Below, piece after piece: positions 41,101 to 48,873 of a stretch of 48,873 nt of DNA (positions are counted from its first letter, which is position 1; every line of letters begins with the position of its first letter). The stretch is taken from NCBI GenBank assembly GCA_003990765.1, contig RBNJ01000035.1:1-48873 (forward strand), written 5' to 3'. Under the pieces are notes generated by a model, which saw nothing but the letters and a program-made list of their open reading frames with translations, had not been told where the DNA came from and searched no databases. The translations under genes and the position numbers were made by a program. The stretch comes from Jimgerdemannia flammicorona (Eukaryota).

Positions 41101-42828
41101 CCCAGTAGAAGCAGAAGAAACGGATGGGAAAGGCAAAGCCTTATGCGCTCGCTTGACCCCTTTTACAGAACCCTCTATCATAGCAGGGGTTAGGGGGCAA
41201 GGACCTCGGTGGGCCTTCGTAGGCACACCAAGGTGTCCAGAACAGCTATGGCAGTTTGGCGTAACAGAGGCCGAGGTCACCTTCACCTCCTTCACCTTTT
41301 CCACAGCCCCCGCAGGCGTGGCGGTGGAGGGTAGGGGGGTGGGGACACTCTTTTTCGGTTGGGCAGAACTAGCGGCAGTAGAAGCAAACGTGCATTTGGC
41401 ACCTAGAGTAACAATCTCGGGGCGCTTCCCAAGCTCCTCGACCACGGCTTTGCAGGTGGCAGCGGAAATCCCATCTTGCAAAGAGGAGGACACAGGGACT
41501 GTCAGGTGGACAGCAGCAGCAGCGGCTTTAGCAGTGGCAGTAGCAGTAAGATGGCAAGACTGATGTACGATAATGTCAAAACCATGGAACAGAAACAAGT
41601 TTGTCTTGGCCTGGTCAGTGGCAGTGAGGGTAGCGATATTCTTGCTAACCCCTTGAGTGATATCGATGGATACACCAAAAAATTGGTGGGCATCAGAAGA
41701 ACCACCCATGGCCTTGTCGATTTTAGCATGCTGGTCCTTAGCATGCTGGGTGGTGGTATCTTGATCAGAGATGGCAGGCTCGATCGCGGCAGTAGTACAG
41801 CACTTAGCTTCTGCCGAAGCAGTAGTAAGGGTGGCATCATGCTGCTCCTCTGGTAGGAGGATGATGGCAGCAGCTACTTTCTTAGAAGGAATAAACCTCC
41901 AATCAGCAACCTGGGCCTGTAAGAACTTGGCACGGCATTCTCTCGCGGTGGCAAGCTCAAGGGCGGAAAGCACTCCAGTGCAAGCAGCCTGGAAATAAGC
42001 AGGGACCTCGGCAGACGCGGCAGCAACATAGGCTGCAAGGTTGTCGAACTCTGCCAAATCAGTGAAAGAAGCTTTGGGGATGGCAGCATCGCCATCTATA
42101 TTCATGTTATCTGTTATGTTGTATATTATAAAATAAGTAGATAATAGAGGAATAGTTTAGAGCAAGATGTGATACTGTTACAGTGGATATGAAGGTCGGC
42201 GGTAAGAGGTCAAAACAGAGAAAGCGGTAAACATATGTGAATTTTCATGACAGAATAAAAACAAGCGGAATAAAGTGTTTTCTAAAGCAAGGTACAATAG
42301 ATCTGCAACCCACCCATGGCACTGCAATCTGCAATGGTCTTTATTCAAAATTGAGAACAAAGTTCGGATAAACAAAGACATGGATCTAACCCCGGAATTC
42401 CAGAATCGGACAGGTGCATAAGTACCCGAGTCTTGCCCTGAACCAAACAAAGGTCTGAATCGGGCGTTGTCAATCTACACATGTGACAGATCATTAAAAA
42501 CCTGATATAGTAACAATTGGGAAAAGGTACTGGTCACGTGCTCTAATGTTACACAAACAATAAACAATACTAAAAACGGAACTAGACCAATGATGTGTTA
42601 CGTGTCATCACGTGATTGTCACTTATAGGTTTAAAAACCTAAAAATCATCGGCACCCGAAGGTGCAGGTGTCAGGCCTAGAGCCTCATGACTGGAGCAGA
42701 GTAGAGCCTCGGCACCAGAGCGAGTGAAGCGAGCGGAGGTAGCCAGGCATCATGGAGTGTAGGTATGCAGGCGTCAGGCCTAGAGCCTCGCACCAGAGGT
42801 TGTTCAGTGATTTTTCGCATTTTTAAAC
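38192..42828 (-). mobile_element. Endonuclease-less Penelope-like element, copy L2
   Basis: Same layout as L1: ORF1 42117-40957, RT ORF 40966-38954, poly(A) 38192-38218 joined directly to the 5' end of L1 (head-to-tail). Confidence 0.92.
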
Positions 42829-43338
42829 CTATAAGTAACAATCATGTGATGACATGTGACACGTCATTGGTCTAGTTCCGTTTTTAGCATTGTTTATTGT
42901 TTGTGTAACATTAGATCACGTGACCGGTACCTTTTCCCAATTGTTACTATATCGGGTTTTTAATGGCCCATCACGTGTGTAGATTGACAACACCCAATTC
43001 AGACCTTTGTTTGGTTCGGGCAAGGCTCGGGTACTTATGCACCTGTCCGATTCCAGAATTCCGGGGTTAGATCCATGTCTTTGTTTATCCGAACTTTGTT
43101 CTCAATTTTGAATAAAGACCATCGCAGATTGCGGTGCCATGGGCGGGTTGCAGATCTATTGCACCTTGCTTTGGAAAACACTTTATTTCGCTTGTTTTTA
43201 TTCCATCATGAAAATTCACATACATTTATCGCTTTCTCTGTTTTGACCTCTTACCGCCGACCTTCATATCCGCTGTAACAGTATCACATCTTACTCTAAA
43301 CTATTCCTCTATTATCTACTCGTTTTATAATACACAAT

Positions 43339-44499
43339 ATGACAGATAACATGAATGTAGATGGCGATGCTGCCATCCCCAAAGCTTCCTTCGCCAATTT
43401 GGCGGAGTTCGACAACCTTGCAGCCTATGTTACTGCTGCGTCTGCCAAGGTCCCTGCTTATTTCCAGGCTGTTTACACCAGAGTGCTTTCTGTCCTTGAG
43501 CTCGCCACTATGAGGGAACGCCGTGCCGAGTTCTTATGGGCCCAGGTTGCTGATTGGAGGTTTATTCCTTCCAAGAAAGTAGCTGCTGCCATTGCTCTCC
43601 TACCTGAGGAGCAGCATGATGCTGCCCTTACTACTGCTTCGGCAGAAGCTAAGCGCCGTGCTACTGCCATGATCAAGGCTGCCATCTCTGATCAAGATGC
43701 TGCTGCCCAGCATGCTAAGGACCAGCGTGCTAAAATCGACAAGGCCATGGGTGGTTCTTCCGATGCCCACCAATTTTTTGGTGTATCTGTCGATATCACT
43801 CAAGGGGTTAGCAAGAATATCGCTACCCTTGCTGCCACCGACCAGGTCAAGACAAACTTGTTTCTGTTCCATGGTTTTGATATTTTCGTGCGTCAGTCTC
43901 GCCATCTTACCACTGCCACCGCTGCTAAAGCCGCTGCTGCCACCATCCGCCCGACAGTCCCTGTGTCCTCCTCTCTGCAAAATGGAATTTCCGCCGCCGC
44001 CTGCAAAGCCATGGTCGAGGAGCTTGGGAAGTGCCCCGAGATTGTTACTCCGGGTGCCAAACGCACATTTGCTTCTACTGCCGCTGGTTCTGCCTGACCG
44101 AAAAAGAGTGTCTCCACCCCCCTACCCTCTATTGCCATGCCTGCGGGGGCTGCGGGAAAGGTGAAGGAGGTGAAGGTAACCTCGGCCTCTATTGCACCGA
44201 ACTGCCATAGCTGTTCTGGACACCTTGGTGTGCCTACAAAGGCCTATCGAGGTCCTTGCCCCCTAGCCCCTGCTATGATAGAGAGTTCTGTAAAAGGGGT
44301 TAAGCGAGTGTGTAAGGCTTTACCTTCTCCATCCATTTCTTCTGCTTCTACCGGGACCAGCCACTCATCGACTTCGAGCCGCTCATCTAAGAGTGCCACC
44401 AGGGCATTTGTGCCACAGTACAACAAGTGTACTGCCACCAAGTGTCATGTCGTCTGGCATAATGCCAGCGATGCCTGCCCTCTAGCGTCAAAAAACTAG
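43339..44499 (+). pseudogene. PLE ORF1 (386 codons): Ala-rich helical/coiled-coil protein with two C-terminal Cys/His clusters
   Basis: Consensus of three copies gives Cx2Cx10Hx3C (CHSCSGHLGVPTKAHRGPC) and Cx2Cx9Hx5C (CNKC...HNAGDAC). This copy has a TGA at 44095, where copy L1 has CGA. Confidence 0.8.
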
Positions 44500-46502
44500 A
44501 GGTCCCCAGCCCAGAAGTCTTATACGACTTCCTGGCAGCGTGGTTTGGCCCTGATGTCCCCATTCCATGTGGGGTAGCAGCCTCAACACCTATTGAGGAT
44601 TTTGCCTTCATGTCTTCTCTTCCCAGTTTCCGCTTAAGTCAGCTTTTTGTCCCTTGGTTTCGGATGTTTACCGAGGAGGGCTTTGTTACTGATATACCTC
44701 TGCCTTGGCTTACCCCTGAGCTCACGTATATGCTGAACTTTGGCCCTAAGTTCGTTCTCCCTGGGTTGGCATCGATGAATAGCACTATCGACCTGATTTC
44801 ATTGTCGTCGTTCCAATGGTGTCTCGACCTTGCTACCTTCTGAACCTCTATGAGTAATTCTGACGACGTCCCGGAGATCTCTGCCTGGGTGCCATCCAAA
44901 TGGCGACCGCCACACTGTATGGAAAATATGCAAATTATGCTTCATATGAGTGCCACTTTGAATCAAGCTGTCCGACCCATGACGAATGTGTCCGGCGTGC
45001 TTGTACCGAAGAAGTTCTACCACCTTCTTAAAGGCGTCCATACTCATGATGACTTTACTATCTATCTTACCGACAAGAATCTGGGGTTTGCCGTTATACT
45101 ACATGCTCTATATCTTGACGGTCTTCGGTCCCTCCTTCACGATCCTGCATACGTGAATGATCTCTCTATGATTGATAATGTTAAGGAATCAGTGAGGCTA
45201 GACCTGCTTGGTCTACTCGAGTTCTGCATTGGTGATTATAATTATATGCTGATTTGGGAATATCTCATGGAGCCTAATGATTGTAAGCTACCTGTGTTTC
45301 ATGCTTTGCCCAAGGTACACAAAGGGGCTCGCGTGGCATGGTGCCCTATCGTTGGTACATTTAACTCTCCTACGACCGAGATTTTGCGTTTCCTATCTTG
45401 CTTTCTCCGCCTGTAGTCGGCTCATCTGTGCTATAATGTGGGTTATTCCTGTTATTCACCTCTACGTGATACATTAGAACTGCTTCAGTTGGTTCGATTG
45501 GATTACCTTGATGTGTCAGATTGCTTCTACGTCGCTACTGGAGATTTCGCTGCCTTCTACACCAGGATCACATTAGATGAGTGCATCGACTGCCTCACCT
45601 TTTTGTTGACGGTGGCCTTCCCCCCTGGCTCGTTGCCGCTTAAAGCCGTTCTCGGCCTTGTCTGCATAGTCATGACTTGTACGATATTTACATCCGCCAT
45701 CAGTTCCTTCCGCTCTGTGACTGGTATTGCTATGGGCACTATTTGTGCTCCGGATCTTGCCAATCTTGTTGGTTTTGCTCATGAGTTGCATGCCTTGCAA
45801 GCGCCCGATCATCTGCTCAGCTGAGCCATCACTGCCGAGCTAAAGTTCTGCTGGTATATTGATGATCTTATTATCTTTACACCTGTGATTATGGACTTGG
45901 CCTCGATTTTTACTGCCATGTACCTGCCGCACCATCATATCGAATGGGAAGTCTTGTCCACCAGACTGTGCCATTACTTAGACCTGGAAATCCAAGTTGC
46001 ACCATTCTGCACAGGCTGCTTTGCCAAATTCCTGTGTAGTACTCAGTTTGTTGACTGGTTGAGCAATCATCCTAGGAAGACACTCCATCTATGCATTGTG
46101 AACGAGGCCCGCCACCTTTTGCTACTCTGCTCATCTTGTCATGATTGGCTTGATGAGTGTCGGTCTTTGGCTGAATTCCTGGTTCACAGGAAAGGATACC
46201 CTGTTGATGTTGTAACTGCTCAATTGAGTTTGGTTGATTGGCTTGAGGTCCGAACTTTACTTCTCACCCCTCCCCTTATTTCCCACCCCCCTATTCCCCA
46301 CTCTGCTTTTCCTCCCCCATTGTTTGTCATCCAATATGATATGGCCCGATGGCTACATCAACAGCCCGACAAGACTCTATGTACCGCTTTGCTTCATTTT
46401 AGTTTCCCTGCAACTGCCTGATTACCAATCATTGCCCGGAAGAATGGTTTTACCATTCTTAATGCCGTCTCAAACACCAGCTTTGCTCTAAGTCCTTCTT
46501 GA
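44490..46502 (+). pseudogene. PLE reverse transcriptase ORF, no GIY-YIG endonuclease
   Basis: PLE-type RT motifs as in L1. The frame ends about 100 codons after GYP (..NTSFALSPS-stop) with no GIY-YIG signature at either end. Confidence 0.88.
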
Positions 46503-47260
46503 AGGCCGCACTGCTTATACATGCCATGCAATGTTTAAAAATGCGAAAAATCGCCAGACAACCTCTGGTGCAAGGCTCTAGGCCTGATGCCTGCGTACCT
46601 ATGCTCCATGATGCCTGGCTACCTCCGCTCGCTTTGCTCGCTCTGGTGCCAAGGCTCTACTCCGCTCCGGTCGCGAGGCTCTAGGCCTGACACCTGCGCC
46701 TTCGGGTGCCGACGATTTTTAGGTTTTTAAACCTATAAGTAACAATCACGTGATGACGCATGACACGTCATTGGTCTAGTTCCGTTTTTAGCATTGTTTA
46801 TTATTTGTATGACATTAGATCACGTGACTGGTACTTTTCCCAATTGTTACTATATCAGGTTTTTAATGGCCTGTCACATGTGTAGATTGACGACGCCCGA
46901 TTCAGACCTTTGTTTGGTTTGGGGCAAGGCTCGGGTACTTATGCACCTGTCCGATTCCGGAATTCCGGGATTAGATCTGTGTCTTTGTTTATCCGAACTT
47001 TGTTCTCAATTTTGAATAAAGACCATCACAGATTGCGGTGCCATGGGCAGGTTGCAGATCTATTACACCTTGCTTCGGAAAACACTTTATTCTGCTTGTT
47101 TTTATTCCGTCGTGAAAATTCACATATGTTTACTGCTTTCTCTGTTTTGACCTCTTACCACCAACCTTCATATCCGCCGTAACAGTATCACATCTCGCTC
47201 TAAACTATTCCTCTATTATCTACTTGTTTTATAATATAAAAAAAATAAAAAAAAAAAAAA

Positions 47261-47717
47261 GACATAAGACTAAGATATGACTGTAAAATTATTATAGCTT
47301 ATCTATAATTTTCTCCTTATAGTCTAGTTTGGTAATCTTGGTACTGATAAAAACTCCTTTTTCTATAGATCTGAATCCTTTCCTTTCTCTCTCTATTTTT
47401 TTTAGCTTTTTTACTTCTATGATCTTAAGTTATAGTATTAGAAAGATAAGTATTTATATTATTCAGTACTTCTTAACTATAAATAGAATTATAGAGTTAT
47501 GGTTTCTAGTAATGAGCAGAATTTTTTCAATATAATCAGAATTAATTACTTCTCTTTTAATAGAAATTTCACTTTTGACTAAACTACTTCTTGTCTTGAG
47601 TATTCTAATATAGTTCTTGAAAATAGTCATCTCTAGATTAGTTGTAAGTAGAATAATTATCTGGAGTTCAAGAACTATTTCTTCAATAATAGTGATATTT
47701 ATTTCAGTATCTTTCTC
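47261..47717 (+). repeat. Right copy of the 457-bp direct duplication flanking the PLE array
   Basis: Begins immediately after poly(A) 47238-47260 and includes the last 36 nt of the element A 5' LTR plus its GCTTA TSD. Confidence 0.95.
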
Positions 47718-47759
47718 TAGTAACATTCAGATTATACAACCTTTTGATAATACTCACAA

Positions 47760-48873
47760 TACTGTTTTTGGAGAAAAGCAACTAATAACATAGTGATCAA
47801 TGTGTATTCTGAGGTGCATACTGGGCAGGGTGGCTCTAGTACATTTGACTGGCAGTATGTAGGAAGGGGCCCTAACTTGGGGGAAAACATGAGAGATCTG
47901 CTGATAGGAGGACATAGATGGAGAGAGAGTAGGATTGGAGGGCAGGGAATAGGGAGGGTAAGTTCACAGATATGGTGAAGGGAAGACAGCTGGCATCTAA
48001 GCTGAAGAGCTGATTAAGAAAGGGCAAAGAGACAGTAATGATAGTAGAATATAAGAGAGCAGCTCTTAGCAGTAGGGGTAGTAGAGCTGGGTGTAGTGAC
48101 TGGGGAGAGTGTGACAGCTGATGGCAACAGAACTATCAATCTGGAAAAAAATCCAAATATAACTGCCGATAGTGGGGCTGAGAGGATGGGGCTTGAATGA
48201 ATGAGAGACCTGATAGATGGCATGATGGGTCTAGTGATGGCACTATTACTCAAGAAGTCAATCTCAGAGTTCATAGTTACTTTGTGCTTCTGGGGCTTAG
48301 CAGTGATAGTAAAAATAGTATTGAGGCTGATTGTTAAGCAGGTAGCTAGAGCAGTATCTGTGAAGTTTCTGAAGGGATTGAAAGGAGTAGAGGTGGGTTT
48401 TGAGGAGGCAGAGCCATTGGAGGAAGCACTGAAGGCTGGACTGACTATTGGAGAGGTATGTATTCCAATAGTATGCTGCTTGAGATGGGACCCCTGGGTG
48501 GTGTAGCTGCTGATGAAAGGGGTGCCCATAGTGACCACTGTAGAGATAAGAAGGAGAGTTGAAGAAGTTATGGCTGAGTATAGAGAGGTGGTTGATGTTG
48601 GTTTCCAGGTCTGAGAGGGGATCTCATTTAGAACTGGAAATATAGATGTTAGAATTCAGTTGACAGAGAAGAAAGCTATCAGAAAGACTAGGAACTGGCC
48701 TTCAGTAATAGTTTGGGGGGCTTTCTTGTATAAGGTAATGAGGGTGAAGAGAAGTAAAGAGAAGGAAGAGGATTTATTAGAGATACTGAAGGAGCTGGAG
48801 GACAAGGGTGACATTGTATTGTATACATTATAGACTTCGGTAATAAAGGGCAGTCCAAGAGACTATAAAAAAA
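47760..48873 (-). mobile_element. Degenerate, CpG-depleted repeat remnant, possibly LINE ORF2 interior
   Basis: Strong strand skew (C-rich minus strand), almost no CpG, and a long stop-poor H/P/S/L/Y-rich frame. No diagnostic motif recognised. Confidence 0.3.

Larger units (their letters stand above)
42820..47260 (+). mobile_element. Endonuclease-less Penelope-like element, copy R (inverted relative to L1/L2)
   Basis: Direct terminal repeats (pseudo-LTRs) of about 513 bp at 42820-43332 and 46724-47236. ORF1 43339-44499, RT ORF 44490-46502, poly(A) 47238-47260. Confidence 0.92.

Noticed and set aside
43075-43278. Recurrent short ORFs MSLFIRTLFSILNKDH.. in the terminal repeats (also 33664, 37569, 38339, 42178, 46910)
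   Set aside because: They recur only because the repeat recurs. Start codons vary and no domain is recognisable, although a uORF cannot be excluded.
42820-47237. Hammerhead ribozyme in the PLE terminal repeats
   Set aside because: No CTGANGA...GAAA core was seen by eye. CTGATGCC/CTGACGCC in the 3'UTR lacks the required GA. An Infernal search would be needed to exclude variants.
33611-47237. DIRS/tyrosine-recombinase or LTR element interpretation of the direct and inverted repeats
   Set aside because: No recombinase, integrase or RNase H motifs and no TG..CA termini. The RT motifs are PLE-type and the ends are polyadenylated.
33592-47260. Telomeric repeats at PLE junctions
   Set aside because: Only isolated GGGTTAG-like words occur inside the repeats; all junctions are poly(A) or microhomology.
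19031-47738. A still older LTR (TGTAACA at 19031 to ATTATA/CA near 47736) enclosing everything
   Set aside because: No matching TSD, PBS or PPT was found, so the termini could be coincidental.

Overview
Eukaryotic, intron-rich fungal DNA. An early-diverging, Mucoromycota-like lineage is an inference from gene structure and repeat content. The window has two parts. (1) 1-17 kb is gene-dense: a multi-exon F-box gene running off the left edge, a WWE-like ORF, a LACTB2-like metallo-beta-lactamase head-to-head with bystin/ENP1, an internally deleted tRNA-Lys(CTT), an unknown coiled-coil gene, and proteasome lid subunit RPN7 with a PACE-like motif. A decayed SAM-methyltransferase pseudogene marks the border. 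(2) About 18.4-48.9 kb is a nested transposon block. An old, heavily C>T/G>A-eroded Ty3/gypsy chromovirus (20170-33170, minus) contains a poly(A)-tailed retroposon fragment, a younger dUTPase-encoding chromovirus (24988-31022, plus) and a solo LTR. Next is a 13.7-kb array of three endonuclease-less Penelope-like retroelements (PLEs). The most striking signal is this array. Two PLE arms meet head-to-head at a 9-nt microhomology, both outer ends are poly(A) tails, and the whole array is flanked by a 457-bp direct duplication of target DNA. This geometry is what would result if both 3' ends of a widely staggered break were extended by the PLE reverse transcriptase. ORF1 and the RT ORF are linked by a conserved A-AAA-AAC -1 frameshift signal.
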